A DNA stretch of 63,680 bases, filler included, from Octopus bimaculoides (taxonomy: Eukaryota), in NCBI RefSeq assembly GCF_001194135.2. It is 5 parts of 5 records of this genome, joined end to end, with 100 filler letters (N's around TTAATTAATTAA, not from the genome) between each part and the next. Parts side by side here need not be neighbours in the genome. Positions count along the whole stretch, not along the records: positions 29,260 to 46,777 come from NC_068997.1; positions 46,878 to 48,516 come from NW_026399972.1; positions 48,617 to 61,283 come from NC_068987.1; 2 more parts are not named here. One strand, 5' to 3'. Within the stretch, counting starts at the first letter, position 1, and every line of letters begins with the position of its first letter. Made by a program: the position numbers and the translations under genes. Shown piece by piece: positions 41,112 through 52,063 of this stretch. The notes below the pieces were generated by a model. It did not search any database. It saw only the letters and a list, made by a program, of their open reading frames with translations, and had not been told where the DNA came from.

Positions 41112-42128
41112 CTAGAAAAAAAAGTTGTTTCAAAAAATATTTTATAAAACTTGTGATGGTGATTCAAGGAAAATTAGATATACAGAAGGATATAAAGTCT
41201 ACACTGATGTCACTAACAAGATATGCTAACTAGACTAATACCTGGGTGATCTAATGAGAAATAATGTTAGACAGGTTACTCTGTTAGTGCCACAGTTGAC
41301 AAATGATGTTAGCTGAGGGATGTAACTCATGATGGAATGGAGTTTGATTAACGGAGGAAGAGCACGACACATAATCTTTAGAGAACATCTAAGATTGGTG
41401 AGGGAAATTCTTGCATAAACTCCAACTCATGGGTTGTTGCTAATCAATTTTTGGATCCTGTAAATAATTAACTTGAAAGTTATAATGTGTGTAAGCCTGA
41501 CAAGAAATGGGGGTTATCTCTAGAGATGTTATTCAGAGTACTTCTATCATATGTGGTGGTAGACCTCTTTTGGAGAACCATTTAGCATCAATCTGTTAGT
41601 AAACAGTGGTGCCAAGAATTGAAAATGCTGTGAATGAAGACATCATTTTATCCTCACACTGATAATCTGGCCTGAATGCTTGCAATGTCGTGGATTCTGT
41701 TAAAGGTAGTGAAGGACCATGTGGTCCTGGTGAACCACCACCAGGTACTTCAGTGTCTAATGATGGAATGAATTAAGTTAAGAATCAGAGACAGTGGGCC
41801 CAGAATTGGTTAAACCCATACCTGATTAATTCCTATTAACCAGTTCTATCAATATGCTTTAGTGTTGGTTCATAAGGGTAAGTCATGATACTTACTGCTT
41901 GATCTGATCCCTTAAATTGGATGGAAAAAGAAATAGAGAAACCAAACATCTCCAGGCATGTCCTGAACTGGATCCACTATCCTTCCCTTGCAAATATGGA
42001 GTCTTGTTTATTAACAGTCATGTCATACTGCCTTAAATTTGAGTCTTTTGTAACAGAAATCTGATGAGTCATCAGTTTCGGCCAAAGCTAGGAATACCAG
42101 CTCTAAAATCAAACTATTAACTGTAGTA

Positions 42129-42383
42129 TTAGGTTGGTGCATAATTATTGCAGCTTTTTTTTTCAATAAATTTTATTCAACAAAAACAATAACAAGATTT
42201 AACAAAAACATCTTTAAATGATTATTCTGGAGTATATTCACCATCTACTTCAATTACCGTTTCCCATTTGCTTGGCAGCTGGTCGGAATAATCATTTAAA
42301 TATATTTTTGTTAAATGTTTTTATTGTTTTTGTTACATAAATTTTATTGAAAAAAAAACCGCAATAATAATGCACCAACCTAA
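42129..42383. mobile_element. Mariner-derived hairpin MITE inside the TRPM intron
   Basis: TA TSD at 42127-28 and 42384-85; ends ttaggttggtgca / tgcaccaacctaa; ~100-bp inverted arms. The central loop on the minus strand encodes LPSKWETVIEVDGEY, a mariner transposase C-terminus. Confidence 0.88.
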
Positions 42384-42630
42384 TAATAGGAGAGTTGCAA
42401 GCCAATGAGGGAGCAATTTACCTCGCCACTCAACCTGTTAAAAATATAAGTTATATCCCTCTCAAATCGTACTCCTTCAGCTTAAATGGAGACAGATACT
42501 GCAGGATAATGTAGTGTTGTTCGATATACAAGTTGATAAAGGCTGGATTACGTATGTTCAGGGGTCTTTTTCATGAGGACTAATAGGTGCCAAAAGACAT
42601 TTTAATAACAACACAAACAACAACAGCAAT

Positions 42631-42810
42631 AACAAAATCATCATTTTATCCAATAACAAAATTATCATTCTATCTAAATGAACATAATTATCATTCCATC
42701 CAAATGAATATAATTATCATTCCATCCAAATGAACAAAATTATCATTCCATCCAAATGAACAAAATTATCATTCCATCCAAATGAACAAAATTATCATTC
42801 TATCCAAATT
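42631..42810. repeat. 26-bp minisatellite (~7 copies of aacaaaattatcattccatccaaatg)
   Basis: Directly visible tandem units ending 10 bp from the TRPM exon donor. Confidence 0.95.
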
Positions 42811-42820
42811 AAGAACAAAC

Positions 42821-42906
42821 CCATCAGTTATTTCTTTGGCCTCTTCGTCATTCTTAAGTAGTGTTTCGTAAGCGTATGCCATAATGTCTGCTGCTTGGCC
42901 AGAACC
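42821..42906 (-). CDS. TRPM: TRPM-family cation channel, internal exon (MHR region; GSGQAADIMAYAYETLLKNDEEAKEITD-G)
   Basis: Acceptor ttttaattaacag|GGT and donor GATGG|gtttgt; 86 nt, phase 0 to 2, open frame. GSGQAADIMAYAY matches the TRPM 'GSGRAADILAFAH' motif. The ORF track shows only a different frame here. Confidence 0.85.
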
Positions 42907-43367
42907 CTGTTAATTAAAAGGCAAAATTTACAGAATTCATTAAAATTAAATCTTCGAATAAGTAATTTAGTATTGACCCAATATTTGAAAAATTCTAAAC
43001 AATACACACATACAACCAATAAAGATGTATCCTTGTTAGTAGAAGCATTATATATTATGAATTTAATATGAACTTAGCTGTAACACATCCAGGGATGATA
43101 TAGTGACACTATCAGGCTTAGATACTGGAGACAAGAGTAAAATAGATAGAGTCAACTGTTGTTTTCGTATGAGATGGAACTAAATTGTTCTAGTACCAAT
43201 TTTTAGAGCTGATTTGTGACAATATAAAGTAAAGTTATCGACAAAGAAACAATAAATGTCAGTAATGGAATATAAAATAAAGATATCAACAAAGAAACAA
43301 TAAATGTCAATGGTGGATTTGAATTCATAACCCCAGGATGTTAACCACTTACCATCTCCCCTCTCTC

Positions 43368-43371
43368 CATC

Positions 43372-43436
<65 letters not shown>

Positions 43437-43437
43437 C
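43368..43437. repeat. (TCTA)n tract at the 5' junction of the Tx1 LINE
   Basis: Visible tandem tetramers abutting the LINE 5' UTR. Confidence 0.95.
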
Positions 43438-43637
43438 TACTGACGGACGTGCTGTCACATCGGCTGCAGAGGTAAACCATTATTTGACCTTTTTATTGCC
43501 CATATTTGTTTTAAATCTTTCTATATAATCTGTGCGAAGCACCCAAGCTTCATTTGTGTATTTTTCGAAGGGCGGAATTGGCCCCTAGGGCAGTTCCAGC
43601 CCGTCAAAATATATAATTTTTTCTCGGCATTTGAGAA

Positions 43638-45404
43638 ATGTCGAGAAACATCGTATTGGAACGCTGGTCGAGTTCATTCATCGACCAGCATTTCCCTAGT
43701 CTTGGAACGCTAGATAAGAAAAAGAACGAAAACTGCACGCGTACACAAAAAGAAATTTCTAAGAACGTCATGAAAACAGCAACCACACCTGTTGACAGCC
43801 CTCTCACCACGACCACCACCACAACCACCAATATGAAAGCTACGTCTGCTACGATCACCACCAGCAACAACAACAACAACAACAACAACAACAGTGTATC
43901 AAGACCAACCGCGACCAAAGTCTCTGCTACTACGGCAGTCTCCACAGCTACCGACACCACCACCACCAGCGACGACAAAAAACTCTCCTGATGCACTCAG
44001 ACAAAAAAAAAAACTATTTTGCACTTCACAACAAAAGAAATACAAGAAACAAAAGCACTATTAAGCCAACAAGGACCAAAACTGAAATTAAAAATACCTG
44101 AAAAAATCATACATGATGTACAAAAAACAACCCTTTTGATCCGATTTTTTAACACAAAAACACGAAAATCAGAGCAACCAGCAACAGAAATTATTGAAAC
44201 ATGTTTGTGTCCCATATTAGCCCACAAGACCTACATAAACTGGGGGAACAGTTTCGCCACCATACAAGTTCGTTTTAACAGCGAAGAGAAAGCGAAAGAG
44301 TTGTCCACGCTGACTCATCGTTCCGAACATATAATATTGGACCCCACGTACCTTGGACAAAGGGTAACCAGAGTATCAATAAAAAATTCCCTCCAGAAGT
44401 GGAACCACAATGGCTGTTATCAGCTATTTGTTATCACATGGAGGGAAATATAAACATTCTGGAAACTACTGCATTAAAGCAGGAAAACTGGAATGGAAAA
44501 AAAATCGATGCTCTGTTACAAATTACACATGAAGAAATGCAAAAAATTCCAACTCAAATTGAGCTGCCAGACGGCCACACCCTCTACGTTGTGGTAGAAG
44601 GTAGAAGGCCTCGATGCTCCCTGTGTGGCATCGAAGGGCACCTCAAAAAAGATTGCCCAACAGCAACATATAACCAACAACCACAAAAAGGAAAAACAGC
44701 CAAAAAAGGACTCCTACTACCCACACCACCACCAACACAAAGAACAAACAAAAGGAGCAAGACAGAAGAATCCCCAAAACCAAACCCGCCTACAACAAAT
44801 GTACCCGAAAAAACACAAACAACAACTACAAGAACTAAGGAAACAGTAAAAGCAAAAGACAATACAAAAACTAATTCCCCTTCCCCCACATCACATACAC
44901 CACAAGCAGATAATCAGCAACCATCAACAACATACCCACTTCAACAAACAAACACACAAGCACACATGTCCTTACCCACTTCCGATTTCTCATAAGACTC
45001 GTCCGAGGATGAAAGTAGCGAGTGGCAAATAGCCAGAAAAGGAAGGAGGTAAAGAAGTAAAAAAAGAACCAAACCAAATGCAAACACCAACAAAGCAGGA
45101 AGATATACATCTCCCGAAAACATCGTCTCCAAACTAACCACAAACAACATCAACATCACAAAAGCACATACAACAAACATGCTCACAGCAATAGACACTA
45201 CAAACAGAATTAATGAACTACATAAATACAAAAACAAACATAACAGAAAAAAAACATCAAAATAAACAACCACCCATACATGACGCCACCTAATCACATA
45301 AAAATATATCACATTACGCCAACATTACACCACACTCAAAAAAACTATATAAAGACCTTCTGAGAGAAGACTGAGGCGAAGAACCAGGAACTTTTGGACA
45401 GTAA
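43638..45404 (+). pseudogene. LINE ORF1 (gag-like, zinc knuckle), disrupted
   Basis: Chained ORF pieces 43638-43991, 44019-44453 and 44399-onward; last frame ends EEPGTFGQ-stop at 45404; very A-rich. Confidence 0.75.
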
Positions 45405-45406
45405 GT

Positions 45407-45483
<77 letters not shown>

Positions 45484-45517
45484 CTTTCGTGTGTAAAACA
45501 CAAATTTTGATAGGATC

Positions 45518-46777
45518 ATGCTCAAAATAGGCAGTATAAATGTATATGGCTTGGAGTCGCCTTGGAAACAAGGGTACCTGTTAAACGACATCAAGTCACA
45601 AAATCTGCATATCATAGCCATCAGCGAGACCAGACTCCACAGCCCGCGGGCCCTCCATCGCATGTTCAGAGGACATTTCGACATTTATTTTTCTCAGTGT
45701 CTGCCGAGAATGGGTGGAGGAGGCACCGCGGTGCTTCTTCGGAAGAGTTTGGACCTCAAAGTAAAAGCAATTTTCCTAGACCCGGAGAGTAGGCTGGTCG
45801 TCTTGGATGTCGACGGCAGCAATGGGTGTGCTTTTCGACTGACAGCAGTTTATGCACCGTCTTTAACAGGCCGGCCAGATTTCTATCGACGTCTAGAGGT
45901 TTTCTTGGGAACGTCTCGACCTTTACTTTTAGTAGCGGATTGGAACGCTACCCTGGACACGCATCTAGATTACGCAGGCAGCGATAGCAATAGAAAGGGA
46001 TACAAATGCCTCAAAGACTTGCTCAGACGTTTCCAAATGTCTGACAGGTACCGACTGGACCACCCGAATGTGCCAACGTGGACATGGAGTAACCGCATCG
46101 GGTCGTCCAGATCGTACTTAGCGTATTCTGTAGGACAGTGGATAAGGATAGAGTAAGATGTCCACAATTCCACATAGCTACACAGACCACAAATTTGTCA
46201 CTTGTACGCTTGACTTAGATAAGACACATAGACAGGGTCCCGGTTACTGGAAGCTGAACGCGTCGTTCACGGCACGCCAGGCTTACAGGGACCGGATTAG
46301 CACTTTAGNNNNNNNNNNACGGCACGCCAGGCTTACAGGGACCGGATTAGCACTTTAGTTAAGAGAGCATTAACGGGTGCCATCATCAACAACAGATGGT
46401 GGTATGCCCTCAAAAAAGCAATCAAATCAGAATCGGTTAGGTACAGTAAGGCCGTAGCGTTAGACCGAAATAGTATAGAGGGAGACCTAGTTAAGAAATT
46501 AGAAGAGGCACTTAGTACTGGCATCGCGTCCAACGTAGTGGCGGCGAGGTTGGCCCTCGACCAACACTTCAACGCCAAACACGAAGGATGCGTTGTCAGA
46601 GCTAGGATGCGTGCTCTGAGGGACGAGGGAGTTGGAGCGGCCCGAGAGGCCCGAGTAGCGGAGGCGCAACGAGGCAACAGAGCCACCATTAGGTCTCTGA
46701 CAGATGAAGAAGGGCGCGAATTACTCGAGCCTGAAAGGATGTGTGAGGCCTTTCAACAGCACTTTGCCCGACTGTTC
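45518..46777 (+). pseudogene. LINE ORF2 N-terminal part (APE endonuclease plus linker)
   Basis: APE motifs as above; frameshift near 46120; a second break at 46309-46318 is an assembly duplication; the sequence is cut before the RT domain. Confidence 0.88.
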
Positions 46778-46877
46778 NNNNNNNNNNNNNNNNNNNNNNN
46801 NNNNNNNNNNNNNNNNNNNNNTTAATTAATTAANNNNNNNNNNNNNNNNNNNNNNNNNNNNNNNNNNNNNNNNNNNN
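46778..46877. other. Artificial scaffold join
   Basis: 44N + TTAATTAATTAA + 44N. Confidence 0.97.
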
Positions 46878-47091
46878 CATCGATGAAAATCCACTGTCAC
46901 ATAGAAAAATTAATAAGTAAAAGCACAGGAAATAAGTATAATATAATACAAAGTAAATATCAGAAGATAATGATAATAAAATGAGTACACGTGTTACATA
47001 ACCAATTTTCAAATAGAAAGAATATTTAAATTGATTAAAACTATCGAAAATCAATTCTATTCAAAAATCTAGCTAATCAAAATACAACAAC

Positions 47092-48188
47092 AATAATAAT
47101 AAAAGAATGTATATATCAACCAACAATAAATAACAAATGAATGTATATAAAATACTTATTATATTAAGATAATATGTTTCTTAGTCTTATTATATAAAAT
47201 TTATAATTAATTGTAATTATAATTATAATTAATTAGAATTTAACGTTCATTAGAATGTTTTACAATATACCTAATTGTTTTATTACGATGTAAGCTATAT
47301 AAAATTTTAAATCTTTCATTCATGATTTTATAAATAATACTATCATTCATGTTTTTATATTTCTTTATTCTATTCTTTTTCTTAACGTAATATCTTCACG
47401 CGACCTCTTTCTAATAAACGCTTTAGTTCTGAGTTTAACGTTTAAGTTTTAGTTTGAACTACAGCAGCGTAGCGATAAGTATCGTTTTACCTTTGTTAAA
47501 TGACTTTATATCATTGGTTGAAAAAAATATATATTTTTATATTAATTCAATTGATTTTTAATGATAATTCTTAGTCGATACCTTTTTTAACACTAAATTA
47601 ATTAGTAGTAAGTTTATCATCTTAGCCTAAACCAAGACTTCAATTAGATTAGGGTTGAATTTTTTCCATTAATAGTGTTTAATATTTCTTTTTATTTTAT
47701 GTGATAAATAACTAGTCTTTTTATTTAATTTCTTTGATTATACGATATAGTTAATTGTTTTATTATGATTTAAGTTATATAAAGTTTAATCTTTCATTGA
47801 TAATAAAATTTTCATTCATGTTTTTATATCTATTTATTCTATTCTTTTTCTTTATGCAATATTTTCATGAGACTTCTTTCAAATAAGCATTTTAGTCTAA
47901 AATCTTTTAGTTTAAACTATAGCATCGTTTAGATATGTGCTACTTCTATCTTTATTATTTTAACCTAAAACTTCGTTCAAATTGTATTTTAAACGAAAGA
48001 TTCGTTAAAATTCGTTTTTGCATATAATATTTCTGTTAGCTTATATTATAATAAACATGAAGTTAATTTGGAACGTTTATAATTTCGATATTTTTAATAA
48101 TATTTTTCTATCTTAATATAATAAGTGTTTTATATACATTCATTTTTTATTCATTGTTGGTTGATTAATACATTCTTTTATTACTATT
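47092..48188. mobile_element. AT-rich foldback/MITE-like element with ~80-bp TIRs and an internal ~190-bp direct repeat
   Basis: 47092-47171 is the reverse complement of 48109-48188; 47262-47470 resembles 47750-47930; no coding potential. Confidence 0.65.
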
Positions 48189-48516
48189 ACTAGCAGTATA
48201 ACCCGACCTTGTCCGGGTGTGACTTATTATGTCATCTACGATAAGTCCTGCTAGCTGAAAATCAACTAAAAAAGAAAGCTTTACAACGAAAAAACCCTTA
48301 TGATGTAAATATGTTCATAATTCAAAAGACGATGAAATTAATAGGGAAAGTCTGAAGGCTGTTTTGCGTAAAATTATTAAGCATACGTAAATTTCATCCG
48401 TGCAATTGGCTACAGAAATGCTTGTGCAAAACAACTTTTTGCGCTGCCCTGAATATACATAGCAGAGTAATCCCTTTTAGCAGGAGCTGGGACGGCAATT
48501 TCTGATGAAGCAATTG
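48188..48516 (+). mobile_element. Possible Helitron/Helentron-type non-autonomous element 5' end
   Basis: tactagcagtataacccgaccttgtccgggt with a subterminal acccg/cgggt hairpin; truncated by a scaffold join. Confidence 0.4.
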
Positions 48517-48616
48517 NNNNNNNNNNNNNNNNNNNNNNNNNNNNNNNNNNNNNNNNNNNNTTAATTAATTAANNNNNNNNNNNNNNNNNNNNNNNNNNNN
48601 NNNNNNNNNNNNNNNN
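48517..48616. other. Artificial scaffold join
   Basis: 44N + TTAATTAATTAA + 44N. Confidence 0.97.
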
Positions 48617-48699
48617 AAAAACTATATAAATTAATAAAGGACTGAACCAGTGCGTGTGTTTATTACCGGCATAATGCCTCTCCCAAGGTTTAATTATTG

Positions 48700-48749
<50 letters not shown>

Positions 48750-49029
48750 TGTGTGTGTGTGTGTATGCATGTGTACTTGTCTATAAATACCTATGTAGGT
48801 TATATAATGTAGGTATACCTATGCAGGTATATAATTTAAATTGTATACGTGTGCATGCGTATATGTATATCATGCCTTTGACGTTCAAAGACCTGTAAAG
48901 TTGTGTGCGCATATGTCTGTTTATAAGTGTGTGTGTGCGCGTGTGTGTGTGTGTGCGTGTGTGTGTGCGCGTGTGTGTGTGCGCGCGCGCGTGTGTGTGT
49001 GTGTAATAATAATAATAATAATAATAATA

Positions 49030-49086
<57 letters not shown>

Positions 49087-49409
49087 TGTGGGTAGGTGCA
49101 TTTGAACCAAGGCAGTGCAAATTTAATTCGCCTACGAAAGATATCACTACGAGTGCACAATGACTCATTAGATTAGTCGGTACTATGACTTTATGTGTCT
49201 GTGAATTAAACCAACGGAAAAAATGAACTTCAACTACGTCACATAATTTCTTAGATGTAACTCAAGTTTTAGGTACTGGTAAATACTGCCCTAGTGGTAA
49301 ATCGATGTAACTGTATAGAGTTCAGTTTATCAAATAATATTTTCCGCCTTCAAACACGAAGGTTTATTGAACTATATGTGTATATGGATCGGCAAACGAG
49401 ATATATGCG

Positions 49410-49533
<124 letters not shown>

Positions 49534-51508
49534 ATAAATAGAAAGAAAGAGAGTTACAAGATGGATGACTGATTGGATAGAAAGGAGCACACAGCTTTAG
49601 TTTATAACAAGCCAGTTCACTTTGCAGTCAGAGTTAAGAGAGAAATTACAGTTCGCTACTGTATTTAGCAAGATGCAGTGTGTAACTGGTTACTGGTTCA
49701 TTAGGTTGCTGAACTAAGTTCATATTCTCCCACGGGCAACACCTGAGATATACGAGTGTGGAGAAAGAAGGCGGACTGTGTGAGTTTGTGCGTGAGTCTG
49801 TGTCAGAAATTGAAGAATGGTCGTTGCCTCTGGTTTCTTTTACAAACAATGTATGACTGAGCAGAACGAAACCAGAATGGAACGGATGGATATAATAAAT
49901 ACATAAACGAACAAAACTGAAAGAAAAAAAACAAAGGAAAACAAATAAACGAAAACAAAAACAAACTTCAAAAATACCTAAGAACAAAAACAATAAATCA
50001 AAAATTAATATGAATGGAACATTTAATGAATGGAAATTTTGTTATCAAAGTGAATTTTTACAAAAAGTGGGTTAGCAGACGACAATATGGAGAGGTTTTT
50101 AAAATATCGCCTGCTTGTTTGAATTTTTGTTTCCGTAGCATTTGTAGCAACCCGGGTACTTTTGACGGAAGCCATACGGTAGCTAAAATATATTCGTCTT
50201 CTTTTTATTATATTTTCCGTCTTTTTCTTAATAGAAGTTTTGGAATTCGGAAAATTTAACTTTATTTAATTTTTTCTTTTTTTTTTCTTTTTGCTGTTTT
50301 AATTTTAGCGTTTATTTCTTGCTTTTCATTTTTACTTCCTTTTTACTTTCTTCCTTTCTTTCTATTTTTAATTCTATTTTCATTATTTCTTCAATGCATT
50401 CCTTTCTTTTTCTCTTGCTTTCTCCATTCTTTTCCCTTTTCTTTCCTTTTTTCTCTTCGATTTCTTCTGGTTTACGTTTGATTTTTTTCTTTTTTTCTTT
50501 CTTGATCTTATATTAATTTTGTTTCTTACATTTGACTCCCTTTCCTCCGTTTCACCTTCATCTTTCTTTCTGCTTTCATTCTTTTAGTTTGCCGAATTCA
50601 TTTTGTTTCTGTTACTGTTATTGTTGTTGTTGCTGTTCCTGTTCTTGATCTCTCTTTTTATTCCTCCATTTTCTGTCTTGTACTTATTCATTCAATAAAC
50701 GTTTACATTTTATTTCTGTGGAATGGAATAGGAGAAAGAAAGAAAGAAAGAAAGAAAGAAATAAAGAAGGAAAGAAAGAAAGAAAGAAAGAAAGAAAGAA
50801 CCATGGAGTGAACTACTATATCCAGTTAAACTGCACTAAGATAACACTTATTGATTGAAGAATCAAAGAGGTAGAAAACAAGAGACTGAAAGTAGAACAT
50901 TATACCTCTCTTGTATGTCGTTTATATCTTTCTTATATGTCTTTTATACTGTTCTTGTACATCTTTTATACCTTTCTTAAACGTCTTTGATATCATTTTT
51001 ATACATCATTTACATCTTTGTTATATGACTTTTATATCGGTTTTTATATGCTATTTATGTGTTTTATATGTTATGCTTTTTTTATGATTCCTATATGTAA
51101 TTTATATCTTTCTTTTATTTACATTTATATCATTCTTATATATCTTTTATATCTTGCATATCACTGTCATATGTTCTTTGTATTTCCTTTTATACAGCTT
51201 TTAAACCTTTCGTACATGTGTTCTAAATTTTTCTTTTCAGCGTTCTTAAAGTCTCGATAAGACGAGAAGGACATTTAAACTCTCGTAGTGGTGATAATAA
51301 TAGTCGTGGTAACGATGGTGATGGTGGTGATGATGGTGGTGGTGATCGTGGGATTTTGGTGGAGTTGGTTTGGGGGTGACAGTAGAGATTTTAGAGATGG
51401 TCAAGTATTCGTGGTGATATTAGTAGTGACGTGGTTGTGATATTGGTAGCCCCAGTCCTGATGATACAGATGGTCATATTAGTGACTTAGTATTATTATC
51501 ATTGTGCA

Positions 51509-51880
51509 GGCGCAATGGCCCAGTGGTTAGGGCAGCGGAATCGCGGTCAAAGGATCGCGGTTCCGATTCCCAGACCAGGCATTGAGTGTTTATTGAGCGA
51601 AAACACCTAAAGCTCCACGAGGCTCCAGCAGGGGATGGTGGCGAACCCTGCTGTACTCTTTCACCACAACTTTCTCTCACTCTTACTTTCTGTTTCTGTT
51701 GTGCCTGTAATTCAAAGGGTCAGCTTTGTCACACTGTGTCACGCTGAATCTCCCCGAGAACTACGTTAAGGGTACACGTGTCTGTGGAGTGCTCAGCCAC
51801 TTGCACGTTAATTTCACGAGCAGGCTGTTCCGTTGATCGAATCAACTGGAACCCTCGACGTCGTAAGCGACGGAGTACCA
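51509..51880 (+). mobile_element. tRNA-derived SINE (family C), young full-length copy
   Basis: A-box tggcccagtgg, B-box-like ggttccgattcc, followed by (AAC)/(TAT)n tail; near-identical to the reverse complement of 58765-59120. Confidence 0.9.
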
Positions 51881-51888
51881 ACAACAAC

Positions 51889-51942
<54 letters not shown>

Positions 51943-52063
51943 CATTATTATTATTATTATTATTATTATTACTGCAGTCGTTCTGAATATAATAAGCATT
52001 AGTGTTAGTGGTCACTGTGCTTGTGACCAAAGGCATTACCTAATATGTCTTCCCTATTCTTAG

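Larger units (their letters stand above)
43438..46777 (+). mobile_element. Tx1/L1-clade LINE (5' UTR, ORF1, start of ORF2), truncated by a scaffold join
   Basis: ORF1 fragments include a CX2CX4HX4C knuckle (CSLCGIEGHLKKDC). ORF2 from 45518 has an AP endonuclease (GSINVYGL, AISETRL, AVYAP, LVADWNA, YTDHK, GPGYWKLN). It starts right after a (TCTA)n tract. Confidence 0.93.

Noticed and set aside
42631-42810. CRISPR-like array
   Set aside because: Units are contiguous with no unique spacers, in a eukaryotic context without cas genes; it is a minisatellite.
46878-48188. Mitochondrial insertion (NUMT)
   Set aside because: AT-rich, but no mitochondrial gene or tRNA recognised; TIRs favour a transposon derivative.
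51509-51585. tRNA genes
   Set aside because: tRNA-like A/B boxes are heads of multi-copy SINEs with long unrelated bodies; no complete cloverleaf.
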